49,043 nucleotides of DNA from a virus (lineage: Duplodnaviria > Caudoviricetes). This document shows positions 26,496-37,246 of the stretch, one piece after another. The stretch spans positions 1 through 49,043 of IMG/VR virus record IMGVR_UViG_3300033148_004867; one strand, given 5' to 3'. Positions within the stretch are counted from its first letter, which is position 1; every line of letters begins with the position of its first letter. The translations under genes and the position numbers were made by a program. A model generated the notes under the pieces. That model made no database searches, was not told the DNA's origin, and saw nothing but the letters and a program-made list of their open reading frames with translations.

Positions 26496-29400
26496 ATGGG
26501 CAGATTGATTTCAAAACCAAATCCTAACGACCTTAATTCTATTTGCGATGCTATTGCAAAATTAGACAATAAGCTCAATACAGCGGCAAAGCCAGTTTTT
26601 GCAGGCATGGGGGTTACTGATTTAACAGCTTTACGTCTTGTTGCCACTGATGCCAGTCAAGTTTTTACTTCTGCCGATTTAGCTTCATGGGTAGCTGGTA
26701 CGTCTAATCAAGTTTCAGTCGCAGATGATGGCGACGGAACAATTACTCTATCAACACCACAGGACATTCATACTGGAGCTACCCCTACATTTGCGGGATT
26801 ACTTTCTACAGGCGTAGTACAGGCCACCGATTTTGCAAAGACTGGTTGGCCTAAGACTCCAGGAGTTACCCTTTCATTTTCATATCCTACATTTACAGTT
26901 ACTGACGGCGGAAGTGCATACTATTATATTAACGGTGTAAAATATACCCTTAATGGAAATAAAACAGTAGATATAACGGATACTGAAGGTTTATGGTATA
27001 TCTATTTTGACGGTGCGACATTAACAGCTTCTCAAACGCCTTGGGTAATTGAAGATGACGATAAAGTACTTGTTGCCTATCTCTATTGGGATGCTACAAA
27101 TAGTAAAGAGATATTATTAGGTTATGAGTTACATACATTTCTTATGAGCGGAGCTACGCATAGCAGATTACATAACGCTGGTGGGGCAGCTTGGGGTAAT
27201 GGCTTATTAGTTTCTGATACTGGCTCGGAAACTATAAATGTAGGTATCGGCTCAATGCGTGATGAAGATATAGAAATAGATATTACCGATGGCGATGGTG
27301 GCGGACTTTTTGAGCAAGTTCTTTCCCCGGCTGAGTTGCCGATTTATTATCGAGACGGTGCGAATAATTGGCGTATTTATGAAACGACAGATAAAGCTAA
27401 TACTACTGACCTTGGGTATGTTAATGGTAGTAATGACTTAAAATATAACAAACTAAACGGCACGTGGGCGACCGCTACTGTCGGCACAAATAATTATGTC
27501 GCTTATTTTGTCGTAGCAACTAATGACCAGACTGAGCCTGTTGCTCTTATCATGGGACAAAGGGCAGATAATAAATTATCTGAAGCCAAGGCTAATAATA
27601 TATTTTCCAGCCTTAATTTAGCAGGTTTGCCGTTTCAAGAGCTTATAGTGTTAGCAAGGCTTATATTAAAAGATACGGGCAGCGGGGTTTATTATACACT
27701 TGAAGAAGTAGTTGATTTACGGTCATTTAACGCTGAAGGTAATGTAACTTCACCGTTAATAATTTCTCACGCAGGGTTATCTCAACTTGCATGGAGCGAA
27801 TCGGGGCATTATTTTGATGCAGCCGTTGACTTTAATGCCCAAGATGTTTCTAATATGGGCACGCTTAGCTGTGGGGTTATAACTCAAAGTGGCACGACTT
27901 TGGATAATACATATCAACCACTTGATGCTGGATTAACGAGTCTTGCTGCATTAAGTTATTCATCAGCCAGCTTTATCAAGATGACCGGAACGGACACTTT
28001 CGCACTTAGAACTATTGCCCAGACTGCTGACGATTTAGAAAGCTCGATAGACCATGATAATCTTGCAAATGTTCATCAAGGAGTAACAACTACTGACCGA
28101 GTTCAATTTGCATCATTGGGTATAGGAGTAGCAGGAGAACCGCCAACAAAAAGAATGATTTATGCATATAATACAGCATTATCTACTAATACTCTTTTTT
28201 ATATAATGCATGGTGAAGTAACAAAGACTGCCGGGGGTACTGATACAAATGACCACATGCGAGGACTCTACACCAGGATAACTATAAATGATACTGGTGC
28301 TACACATGGTGAACTTAGTGCTTTAGATTCTGTAGCAAAATTAGTTGACGGGGAAGTCGGAGCAAGCGGGACTTCGAGAGTTATTATGGGTGTCCGTGCA
28401 CAGGCTGAACAAAACGGTGGTATTGTTTGGGGTAGTGTATACGGAATATTTAATGTAGTTAGTCAATCAGGCGGCACTATAAAGCAGAATGTTTATGGTA
28501 ATTTTGTTTCTATGTCATTAAATGGAACTATAGACGGCACATCCTATGGGATTTATTTAACAGAAACAGGAAGTCCTGATTATGGGTTTTATCAAGACGG
28601 AACTGCTCAGAATGTTTTTGGCGGAGATATTACGGCTGCAAATTATACTGCGGCCAATCTTTTTACAGCTTGTGCTACAAGTGCAGGCAGTTTAGATTTT
28701 AGTAGCGATGTAACTTTAACAGTAGCAGAAACAGAAACTACAACGAATTATCATACTGATGCCAGGGCTGCATCCTGGCTCGCTGCTAATCACGAGACCA
28801 CTTATACGCATACTGATATTGCTTCAAATACTACACACAGGGAAACTACCTCTGGCAATCCCCACAGTGTTACACCTACAGAATTAGGTTTAGTTATCGG
28901 AACAGATGTACAGGCTCATGGAGATATACTTGATGATTTTAATACTCTTGGTGCGGCTACTTCAGATGGACAATTTATAGTAGCTACAGGAGCGGGAGCT
29001 TTAGCTTGGGAAAGTGGGTCAACAGTCAGAAACTCTTTAGACTTAGGAACAGCAGACAGGGTTCAATTTGGTACAGTAGGTATAGGTATAGCTGGAGAAC
29101 CGGCGAATAAAACGCTGTTATATACTTCAAACACAGCATTAAATACCCCCTATACTTTTTATGCTATGCGTTCTAATATCGTAAAAACTGCCGGTGGTAC
29201 AAATACTTCGGACCATTTTTATGGGCTATATAATAGAATGACCATAAATGATAATGGGGCTTCACATGGTAGCCTGCATGGGCTATATTCTGTAGCTGTT
29301 CTTACTGATGGTATCTTAGGGGCCAGCGGTACTGTAAGAAGTATATACGGTGCTCTTTGTATAACTGAACCAACTGGTGGCACTATTTGGGGCGACGCTT

Positions 29401-29729
29401 ATGCTTCTTATAATAGGATTGTGCAAGGAGCAGGCAATACAATTAAACAAAATATATACGGGGCACATATATCATTATCTATAGGGGGTACAGTAGACGG
29501 CACGTCTTATGGAATTTATTTAGACGATGGCGGTGCTGATTATGGATTTTATCAGAACGGAACTGCTCAAAATCTTTTTGGTGGTACTTTGAAAATAAAA
29601 GAATCTGCTGCCGCTAATGGAGATACTGCTGCTTATGGACAGCTATGGGTAAAAAATGATAGCCCGAATGTTTTAATGTTCACCGACGATAATGGGACAG
29701 ACTATACAGTAGATTTAACTCCAGTTTAA
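26496..29729 (+). CDS. Tail fibre protein with internal duplication
   Basis: 1077 aa, Gly/Thr-rich; PQDIHTGATPTFAGL fibre motif; duplicated DRVQF..GI.GEP...GTAQN.FGG. Confidence 0.8.
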   Translation: MGRLISKPNPNDLNSICDAIAKLDNKLNTAAKPVFAGMGVTDLTALRLVATDASQVFTSADLASWVAGTSNQVSVADDGDGTITLSTPQDIHTGATPTFAGLLSTGVVQATDFAKTGWPKTPGVTLSFSYPTFTVTDGGSAYYYINGVKYTLNGNKTVDITDTEGLWYIYFDGATLTASQTPWVIEDDDKVLVAYLYWDATNSKEILLGYELHTFLMSGATHSRLHNAGGAAWGNGLLVSDTGSETINVGIGSMRDEDIEIDITDGDGGGLFEQVLSPAELPIYYRDGANNWRIYETTDKANTTDLGYVNGSNDLKYNKLNGTWATATVGTNNYVAYFVVATNDQTEPVALIMGQRADNKLSEAKANNIFSSLNLAGLPFQELIVLARLILKDTGSGVYYTLEEVVDLRSFNAEGNVTSPLIISHAGLSQLAWSESGHYFDAAVDFNAQDVSNMGTLSCGVITQSGTTLDNTYQPLDAGLTSLAALSYSSASFIKMTGTDTFALRTIAQTADDLESSIDHDNLANVHQGVTTTDRVQFASLGIGVAGEPPTKRMIYAYNTALSTNTLFYIMHGEVTKTAGGTDTNDHMRGLYTRITINDTGATHGELSALDSVAKLVDGEVGASGTSRVIMGVRAQAEQNGGIVWGSVYGIFNVVSQSGGTIKQNVYGNFVSMSLNGTIDGTSYGIYLTETGSPDYGFYQDGTAQNVFGGDITAANYTAANLFTACATSAGSLDFSSDVTLTVAETETTTNYHTDARAASWLAANHETTYTHTDIASNTTHRETTSGNPHSVTPTELGLVIGTDVQAHGDILDDFNTLGAATSDGQFIVATGAGALAWESGSTVRNSLDLGTADRVQFGTVGIGIAGEPANKTLLYTSNTALNTPYTFYAMRSNIVKTAGGTNTSDHFYGLYNRMTINDNGASHGSLHGLYSVAVLTDGILGASGTVRSIYGALCITEPTGGTIWGDAYASYNRIVQGAGNTIKQNIYGAHISLSIGGTVDGTSYGIYLDDGGADYGFYQNGTAQNLFGGTLKIKESAAANGDTAAYGQLWVKNDSPNVLMFTDDNGTDYTVDLTPV

Positions 29730-29740
29730 TAGAGGATAAC

Positions 29741-29935
29741 ATGGATTTTACAGTAACTTTAACAGAAGATGTAAAGCGTGCCATGAGGTATCTTGGATAT
29801 TCAGAAAAAGACATCAAAGCAGAAATAGAACGCCAGTGCTCTGATATATTTGAAAACCTCATAAAACGAGCAAAAAGAAAGTGGGTAGAAAAAAGAGAAA
29901 TGAAAAATATCTTTCCAGAACCTCTTACAGAATAG
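29741..29935 (+). CDS. Hypothetical protein
   Basis: GAGG RBS; follows the fibre gene. Confidence 0.65.
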   Translation: MDFTVTLTEDVKRAMRYLGYSEKDIKAEIERQCSDIFENLIKRAKRKWVEKREMKNIFPEPLTE

Positions 29936-29944
29936 GAGATTACA

Positions 29945-30832
29945 ATGCCAAACTTTGGACAATCTTTAACATCCCAAACGGCTGCACCAGTTTCTACGCC
30001 ACAGTTGTTACTTGAAAATAATTATCGACAATTACAAGACTGGGGTCGGCGACAAGAACGAGAGTTACGGTCTCTTGGCCTTGACTATGATACCTTGGCT
30101 GATAGGATGCAAAGACTACAAATTGAATATGATAAAAAGCGGGCTGATATCGAAACTAAAATGAATACAGTCCAGCAAATTCAACATTGGATGGATTTAG
30201 GTATCATTGACCAGTCGGCAGCCGACAAACTTAAATTTAAAGCTGTCCTCCCAGAAGAAGTTACAAATATTATGTTCCCAGAATCAAAACCGGCAAAACT
30301 GGGACGCGAGCCATTTACCCCAGGACAGTTAGAAAATTTTCAACCAAGAATAAAAGCATTCGCTGAAGCAGCCGAAGTTAAAGTACCATGGGGCCGGGAT
30401 AAGCCTCCTACGTTTGAAAGGTTGCTCAAGCAATATAAAGCCTGGCAAACGAGTATCGGCTATAATGCTTTAACTAATACAGAGCAAGAACAAGTTGATA
30501 AAGAATGGGACGATTGGGTAAAAGTTACTTATCCAGAAACAGCATGGTATCCTCAGGCACGGAAAGAAATCAGAGCACTCCGGGCAAAAGGCCCAATTAG
30601 TCGTAGTGTAACTGCCCGATTCCGCCAGACCCCAATCGGCCCAAAAGAAATGGGTAGCCCACTTAAAGATAATATTGTGGCTAATCTTCCAAAGAAAAAA
30701 CAGCCTGAAATATTAGCACAGCCAAAACCAACTGAATTATCTGACGAAGATAGACAAGCTATAGCGTGGGCCAGGCAAAATCCTGGCGACCCAAGAGCAG
30801 TAAAGATATTAACTTTACATGGAGTACGATAA
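29945..30832 (+). CDS. Probable ejection protein
   Basis: AGGAG RBS; helical; directly upstream of the giant ORF. Confidence 0.55.
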   Translation: MPNFGQSLTSQTAAPVSTPQLLLENNYRQLQDWGRRQERELRSLGLDYDTLADRMQRLQIEYDKKRADIETKMNTVQQIQHWMDLGIIDQSAADKLKFKAVLPEEVTNIMFPESKPAKLGREPFTPGQLENFQPRIKAFAEAAEVKVPWGRDKPPTFERLLKQYKAWQTSIGYNALTNTEQEQVDKEWDDWVKVTYPETAWYPQARKEIRALRAKGPISRSVTARFRQTPIGPKEMGSPLKDNIVANLPKKKQPEILAQPKPTELSDEDRQAIAWARQNPGDPRAVKILTLHGVR

Positions 30833-30833
30833 T

Positions 30834-33800
30834 ATGGCTTTTGACCCTGACGCTTATTTGAAAGAACGGGAAACTACTGAGACTGCCTTTGACCCTGACA
30901 CTTATCTTGCTAAGGCTGAAATTATAAAGCCACCGATTATGTCAATGGCAGAAAAAGCAAAAGAAATGGGTAAAGGTATTTTACGTATGCCTGAACGAGT
31001 TGCGGAACAGGTCGGGCATGTTTTGGAATGGGCGGCAGATTTTAAGATGTCCGATTCTTGGATACCTGCTATGAAAGTTTATGGTAACATAGGTAAAAAA
31101 TTACAGCCTGAATGGCATAGAAGATTATCAGAGGCCAATCGAAATGTTTTACGCAGTCATGGAGAAAAAATATCTAAATACTGGCAAACAGCCGCTGCAA
31201 CAGGGATTGAAGCTCCGTCTGAAAAATATAAAAAACAGACTTGGGCTTCTGCTTTCGGTACAAAAGCAGTAACAGGGGCATTTGAATCAAGCGGGTCGTT
31301 TTTAGGAGCTATCGCAACCAGTTATATAACGAAAAATCCACAATTGGGTATTATACTATTATCTACTATGTCTGGCGGCTCTGCATTTAAGAAACAAAAA
31401 GAAAAAAATATTGACGCTAAAATTGCCCAGAACATAGGGTTATTAACAGCAGCTTGGGAAGGATTAACAGAACAAGTGCCTTTTGAAGTTATCCTGAACT
31501 CAACTTCAAAATCAATGCTTAAACGATTTTTAAAAAGCGGTACCGTCGAAGGATTTCAAGAATGGATACAAGGAATCGGAGAAAATTTATTTGAATATTT
31601 TGGTTATAACCTTAAAGACTGGAAATCAATACCTGCTGCTTTGAAAGCTGCTGTACCGCATTTATTAGATAACTGGCTGGATAACATAACAGCAGGATTT
31701 TTAATGGGTGGTGGTGCTGGTGCAGCAATTGGCCCCCGTGGTGGGGCCGGACAAGTGGGACAAGAACAAGAACAAGCTATACAAGAACCACCTGAAACTG
31801 GCGAAAAACTCCTTACAGAATTCGACCAAGCTATTCAGGACATATCGGAAGGTAAATTTGATGCCGGGATAGCTGAAAGAAAGGATGCTGGAGTAGCTGA
31901 AAAAAAGGTTGCAGCTATCCCTGGCACACAAATAGAATTCGACCAGGTAACAGCACCGATTACTGGAGTTGGTGGAGAAAATATTATTGAGTTTTTCAGG
32001 GATGGCAAGAAAGTTCATCAAATAAGAACAAAAAATGCAGCCCAACAAAAGACGCAAGCAGCAGGTTATCGGCAATTATTAGTTAAAATTCCAGCTGGAG
32101 CCACCCCAGCACAACAACAGGACAATGACACTCTTTTAAAGCAATCTAAAGCTGATGCAGTACAGCGGTCAGAAGAGCTACAACAAATGGAATATGAGGA
32201 ATTGTCTAAATTAGCTGAGGACGGTGATGAACTTGCCGCCCAGAGAATGAAGGAAATTGATGCAGAACGGGTATTGGAAGCCGGATTACCCAAATTTGAA
32301 GTGCTGTTTGCAAAGATGTTAGAGGGAGATGAAGTTGCTAAGGCTGCTTTGATGCATGGAGAATATCAGGGTGGGAGGTCGAGGCAGGAGGCTTTGGAAG
32401 GACAGGCCAGGGTAGAAGAGGGTGCAGAATCAGTAGAAAAAGGCATATCTTTAGAAAGAGCACAGCAATTAACTGGTAAAAAAATTCCATCAGCAATGGA
32501 GATAAGAGATTCTTTTGACAAAATGACACAAAATGAACAGAATATAGTCATTAAAAATGTAAAGGAAGAATTATCAGAACTCCAGGCTGAAAAAAGAACC
32601 CTTTTTCAATTACGTAAAGAAACATCTGTTCCAGATAAGCCCGTCTATACTCAAAAAATAAATGAAATAAAAAAAGCAATAGAAAGAAAAACATCCCGCC
32701 TAACAAAATTACAACAACTCTATGATACGGCCCCCAGCCCAAAAAAACTAACAGCATCAGAATTAAAGTCTCAGAATAAAATAAGGCCGAAAAGTCATGG
32801 CCTGGGCCGAGGAAGATTTTGGGAATATAGAGATGAAAAAAATATCTGGACAGTAGCACCAAATAAAGAAGAAGCTGTTAAACGAGCAAATTTAGCTTTG
32901 GAAACTACTCCTGCCCAGCCAGTTACAGGAACTGAAGGGGTTATAACAGAAGAATTTGCTCATCCAGATTTTGAAGCTCCACAAGGTCCATTAACAGTGT
33001 TCCATGGTTCTCCATCGGGCATAATCAGTAAATTCGACCCGTCATTAAAAGGCAGTAATATCGATGCAAAAACTTCTCAATTAGGCGTTTTCTTTACTAA
33101 TGACCCAGAAGTAGCAGCATTATTTTCAGGCAAGCCTAAGTCTGACCAAAGCAAAGTAACAGAAGCAAATCTTATTATGAATAAGCCATTTATTATCGAA
33201 ACTAATGATAAAGGTGATGCTTTTCATAAGTTAAAAGAATTTATTATAGATGCTGCAAGGGACGGTGGTCGGAAAAAAGTAGAAACGTGGAGTGATATAA
33301 CCACCGAAGATATAGATGACTATGTAAGGTATTTAAAACTAAGAGGAAATGACGGGATAATACTTAAAAATACTGCTGTTGATGCCGTTGAAAATGGGCA
33401 TACAATGTTCATAGCCTTTGACCCCGGACAAATTTTAACTCCTACTCCTACTCGACTCAATGCCCCTGTCGACCCTTCAGTTCCACCGACTAATGAAATA
33501 ATACGCAAGGCCGCCACTGTAAAAGCACATCACTTAGCAAAAGCACTTGGCATATTAAAGAAAGGTAAAGAAGGGAAAAAAGACTTTGCAAGAATCAATA
33601 AGGATATTACCGGCAAAGCATCCATGGAAGATATGTCGATGGAAGAGGCTAAAAGGGTAGAAGCCTATTTCATTGCAGAAGCTAAGAAGCATGGAATAGT
33701 AACTTCAACGGGCAAAGAACTTGCCGGTTTTATAAAAGCAAATACTCTGGCAAAAGATGTCCGGGCTAAAACGGAACAGTCCCTTCCTGTCTTACAAAGA

Positions 33801-35969
33801 TGGCTAAAGGCTCCCGATAAATTAGTCAGCAAATTTTGTTTCCACATGAAACACATTGAGCGATTACTCGAAGCTCTTGATGGCTTTACAGAAGGCCCAG
33901 TTTATAACTCAATTTGGACATCAGTCCAGACAGCATTAGCTGGCAGTCGCACTGCCTATGCCGACCGTGTGGGTAAGTTTAAAGAAGCGTTAGTAAATAT
34001 TTATACGCCTGAATTAAATACAACAGAAGGTGCAGTAGCAGCAGCAACAGCAATAGCAAAAGAATGGGAATCTGACCCAGCTACAACAAGAGTAACTGTT
34101 TCTCCTGAAGTAAAAAAAGCTATGAAAGCACGTAAACTTAGTAAACGGGCGATACGTAAATTAGTTGGCGATTCGCTTTGGGCCAGGTTTGTTACCCTTG
34201 GTCGGGAAACTACTGTAGAAGCATCCGAAAATGGCCCGGAATTAAAGCTATCACCTACTGAACGAATTACCGTATACTTAGCATTAAAAAATGAAAAAAG
34301 CCGGGCACACCTTCTTAACTATAATCTTGCAGCCCATAAAAACCCAATGCTGACAGCCTTAGAAATTATACAAAAAATGCCTACTGAAGAAAAACAAATA
34401 GCAGAATATATGCTCCAAGACTTAGCAGCCGATTATGGCCGGGTTAATCAAGCAGCAATCCTGGGGCTTGGCCGGGAAATAAAACGGGAAGATAATTATT
34501 TTCCAACTAAAATTAAAAATATTGAAAAAGCAAAAACAGTGGATTTCCTTTCGGCTCTTGAAGATACAATTCCAGAAACAAAGAAAAAGAAAAAAAGTCG
34601 TATTAAAGACAAACCTGGGTTTGTAGAAGAAAAAGTGGAACATGCAACCGGAGCACTCGATTTAGACGCTTTCAGCGTTTATCTTAGACATCTTAAACGT
34701 GTCGAACAATTTATTCACATGGCTCCCGTTGCTAAAAGTGTCGGCGATATTTTAAACACCGACGAATTTCAGCACGCTCTTAATAATGTAACAGCCGGAC
34801 ACGGAGCTAAAATTCTTAATAAATGGTTAAAGCATAGTGTGCAAGGTAACGCTTTTGACACTGATACCGGCTTTGCTTCTGATGTTGTATTATGGTGCCG
34901 ACAGAAAGGAGTACTTTTTACTCTGGCCCAAAACATACCGTCAACACTACGTCAGTTTATTTCCGGGTTTAATGTTGTAGCCAGCCATCCTGTATTTACT
35001 GCACACATGGCCATACATGTAACTAAAAGCATAGACCCAAGGTATTTTAAAATGCTTGAAAATCGGATGAAAAAGCTATCTCCTGAAATGAAACATCGAA
35101 ACTTTGAAAGATTCCTGGCCCGCATCAAAGATGAAGCGTCAGTAAGGGGAATAATTACAGGCAAAGAGCAGTGGTCAGAAAAAGCCTTTGCCTGGCAAAA
35201 ATGGGCCGATAATAGAACAGTAGTTATTGTTTGGAATTCAGTCTTTGACGCTGCCCGAATAAGTGAAGCTGTCCAGAAACAATTTGAAGTAGATGGGTCT
35301 GAAGATAAAGCAATTCATCTTGCTAATAAATTAGTTGCCCGGACTCAGCCAATGGGCGATGTCGAGCACTTGCCTAATTTCTTTAGGGGTGGCCCGTTTG
35401 AAACCCTTATTTCCACTTTTCAACGCCAAGTTAATAATAACTGGAATTTTTGGGCACATGATATTTATGGTATGCGAAAAGCTAAAAAGATAAGTAGAAG
35501 AATGGTAGCCTGGAGAATATTATTTTCTAATATCCTACCTTCAATGATGTTTGGTGCTATTTCTCGTGGTGGCCTGCCTGATGACTGGAAAGATGTTCTC
35601 TTTGACTGGTCTATATATACTGTCGCCCCAATATTTTTAGCAGGCCGGATGGTAATTGATGGCTTACTTGGATTTGCTGGTGGTCAAACCGCTGTTGAAG
35701 ATATAGCTCCTGCCACGATTTCAAAAACTATTGGAGCCATCGTCAGAGGAGACGTTGCAAAAACAGCAGAATATAGCTTGAAAGCTATTGGGATATTAAC
35801 AGGCAGAATTCCTCAACAATGGATACGAACCGGAGAAGGTATTTATGATATTTACACAGGTGAAACAGACGACCTTCGCCGATTGATATATTCAGACTGG
35901 TCTCTTACAAGATATGGTTGGCCGGGCGGAAAAGAAGAAGAAAATGGAGTATTTCCGAGACGTATTTAG
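30834..35969 (+). CDS. Large internal virion (ejection)/polyvalent protein with ART-like domain
   Basis: ~1710 aa; FDPD.YL x2 at the N-terminus; VFHGS..F..G.FFT..N.PF..G.DGII..F.P.QI. Confidence 0.75.
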   Translation: MAFDPDAYLKERETTETAFDPDTYLAKAEIIKPPIMSMAEKAKEMGKGILRMPERVAEQVGHVLEWAADFKMSDSWIPAMKVYGNIGKKLQPEWHRRLSEANRNVLRSHGEKISKYWQTAAATGIEAPSEKYKKQTWASAFGTKAVTGAFESSGSFLGAIATSYITKNPQLGIILLSTMSGGSAFKKQKEKNIDAKIAQNIGLLTAAWEGLTEQVPFEVILNSTSKSMLKRFLKSGTVEGFQEWIQGIGENLFEYFGYNLKDWKSIPAALKAAVPHLLDNWLDNITAGFLMGGGAGAAIGPRGGAGQVGQEQEQAIQEPPETGEKLLTEFDQAIQDISEGKFDAGIAERKDAGVAEKKVAAIPGTQIEFDQVTAPITGVGGENIIEFFRDGKKVHQIRTKNAAQQKTQAAGYRQLLVKIPAGATPAQQQDNDTLLKQSKADAVQRSEELQQMEYEELSKLAEDGDELAAQRMKEIDAERVLEAGLPKFEVLFAKMLEGDEVAKAALMHGEYQGGRSRQEALEGQARVEEGAESVEKGISLERAQQLTGKKIPSAMEIRDSFDKMTQNEQNIVIKNVKEELSELQAEKRTLFQLRKETSVPDKPVYTQKINEIKKAIERKTSRLTKLQQLYDTAPSPKKLTASELKSQNKIRPKSHGLGRGRFWEYRDEKNIWTVAPNKEEAVKRANLALETTPAQPVTGTEGVITEEFAHPDFEAPQGPLTVFHGSPSGIISKFDPSLKGSNIDAKTSQLGVFFTNDPEVAALFSGKPKSDQSKVTEANLIMNKPFIIETNDKGDAFHKLKEFIIDAARDGGRKKVETWSDITTEDIDDYVRYLKLRGNDGIILKNTAVDAVENGHTMFIAFDPGQILTPTPTRLNAPVDPSVPPTNEIIRKAATVKAHHLAKALGILKKGKEGKKDFARINKDITGKASMEDMSMEEAKRVEAYFIAEAKKHGIVTSTGKELAGFIKANTLAKDVRAKTEQSLPVLQRWLKAPDKLVSKFCFHMKHIERLLEALDGFTEGPVYNSIWTSVQTALAGSRTAYADRVGKFKEALVNIYTPELNTTEGAVAAATAIAKEWESDPATTRVTVSPEVKKAMKARKLSKRAIRKLVGDSLWARFVTLGRETTVEASENGPELKLSPTERITVYLALKNEKSRAHLLNYNLAAHKNPMLTALEIIQKMPTEEKQIAEYMLQDLAADYGRVNQAAILGLGREIKREDNYFPTKIKNIEKAKTVDFLSALEDTIPETKKKKKSRIKDKPGFVEEKVEHATGALDLDAFSVYLRHLKRVEQFIHMAPVAKSVGDILNTDEFQHALNNVTAGHGAKILNKWLKHSVQGNAFDTDTGFASDVVLWCRQKGVLFTLAQNIPSTLRQFISGFNVVASHPVFTAHMAIHVTKSIDPRYFKMLENRMKKLSPEMKHRNFERFLARIKDEASVRGIITGKEQWSEKAFAWQKWADNRTVVIVWNSVFDAARISEAVQKQFEVDGSEDKAIHLANKLVARTQPMGDVEHLPNFFRGGPFETLISTFQRQVNNNWNFWAHDIYGMRKAKKISRRMVAWRILFSNILPSMMFGAISRGGLPDDWKDVLFDWSIYTVAPIFLAGRMVIDGLLGFAGGQTAVEDIAPATISKTIGAIVRGDVAKTAEYSLKAIGILTGRIPQQWIRTGEGIYDIYTGETDDLRRLIYSDWSLTRYGWPGGKEEENGVFPRRI

Positions 35970-35977
35970 GAGTAAAA

Positions 35978-36133
35978 ATGAACGACCAAGAAAGAGATGA
36001 ACGTATAATTGAAATGCATACAGATATTAAATGGTTAAAATCAATTTGGGCAGAGCATATAAAAAGCCATAAAACTATTAAATATCTAATCTATGCTGCA
36101 TTGATAACAGCTTTTGTCGGAATGGCGGTATAA
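35978..36133 (+). CDS. Small membrane protein (holin/XhlA-like)
   Basis: AGGAG RBS; charged helix plus C-terminal hydrophobic segment; last gene of the late arm. Confidence 0.55.
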   Translation: MNDQERDERIIEMHTDIKWLKSIWAEHIKSHKTIKYLIYAALITAFVGMAV

Positions 36134-36436
36134 TTATTCACTGCCAAGTAAAACCCTGGCAATTTTTGACGGTAATTTTATCGTGTCATCAAAGGTAAAT
36201 TCTATCTTTGGCCATTTAACTTTATTGAAGTCTTGCTTATTAAAGGCCTCCATTACCCGTGCAGTATTAGCAATCCGTTCTGGCGGTATTAGCATACCCA
36301 GTCCTTTATGATTCCAAAGAATTATACCCTTACTTAAAGCTAATGTCGTAAAACTCCGGCTATCAATATAGTCAAGAATCGGCAGCGTTGTTTTATCGCA
36401 ATAGACTATGCAAATTGTTTTTTGCTCCATGTTCAT
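36134..36436 (-). CDS. Hypothetical protein
   Basis: Coupled to the upstream HTH gene; converges on the late arm with no gap. Confidence 0.6.
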   Translation of the reverse strand: MNMEQKTICIVYCDKTTLPILDYIDSRSFTTLALSKGIILWNHKGLGMLIPPERIANTARVMEAFNKQDFNKVKWPKIEFTFDDTIKLPSKIARVLLGSE

Positions 36437-36672
36437 TAGCCCACTTCCTCAATAAATTTTATAACGGCTTCTCTCGTAGTAAAATATTGTCTTAGCCGCT
36501 TAACAGTTTCAAGTCTGACTATCCTACCGTCTTTAGTACGGCATCCCCCTCCTTCTCCTTTTCTAATCCATTTATAAATTGTGTCTTTGCCCCTATGTAC
36601 CCCAGTTAATTCTACCAGGAGCTTAGGAACATCACTCATTGGAACAAGTTTATCATTTTTACCGATTGTCAT
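36436..36672 (-). CDS. DUF1580-like (excisionase/MerR-type) HTH protein
   Basis: TIYKWIRKG...VRLETV....FTTREAV.KF. Confidence 0.7.
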   Translation of the reverse strand: MTIGKNDKLVPMSDVPKLLVELTGVHRGKDTIYKWIRKGEGGGCRTKDGRIVRLETVKRLRQYFTTREAVIKFIEEVG

Positions 36673-37027
36673 TTTTTAACCTTTCAAATACATTACAAGT
36701 TTTCTGATGGAAAGCAAAAGTAGGAACATCCCCACGATATAATTCATGATTACTATCCGTGCCTACATAATGACCCCAGTCAATATAGTCTATTAAAAAA
36801 GTTCTAAGCGACCTAAAATTGTCCACCGCTATTGCCACATGGTATAGCCGACCAGCAAGGCTTTCAAACCGGACAATAAAACCGGGAGAATTACTATTAG
36901 GCAGCGGTTTAAAGCCACCAAGAAGAGTTACTGATTGGCCGGTCTGTAAGGCCCGTTTAGTCGACGGGGTAGGAGCATGGTCTTGAAGCCAGTTTATTAG
37001 GTCAGTCTTGTTTCGCCAATTTATCAC
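36659..37027 (-). CDS. Hypothetical protein
   Basis: 122 aa; overlaps its neighbours. Confidence 0.6.
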   Translation of the reverse strand: MINWRNKTDLINWLQDHAPTPSTKRALQTGQSVTLLGGFKPLPNSNSPGFIVRFESLAGRLYHVAIAVDNFRSLRTFLIDYIDWGHYVGTDSNHELYRGDVPTFAFHQKTCNVFERLKNDNR

Positions 37028-37245
37028 GGTATGTCTGTCCGAATAAATGCCTCATCATCAAGCCATTTGTCGACCCAGTAAGCCAATGTGCCGTGTAATT
37101 CAACTAACCATTCATCTTCACATCTTACACACAACCAGCGTAAACCATCACGAGATTTAACGACCTTATGGCCAAATAACCGGCAAATCATTAAATTCAT
37201 ATAATCATATAGCCAACAAATTATAGTGTTTAGCCATTCTTTCAT
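37024..37245 (-). CDS. Small protein with C..FGH..C.RC motif (DUF1660-like)
   Basis: ICRLFGHK...LCVRC; GGGAG RBS. Confidence 0.5.
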   Translation of the reverse strand: MKEWLNTIICWLYDYMNLMICRLFGHKVVKSRDGLRWLCVRCEDEWLVELHGTLAYWVDKWLDDEAFIRTDIP

Positions 37246-37246
37246 T

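Noticed and set aside
28092-29585. Diversity-generating retroelement TR/VR pair
   Set aside because: Both copies are in-frame coding, differences are not adenine-specific, and no reverse transcriptase is present
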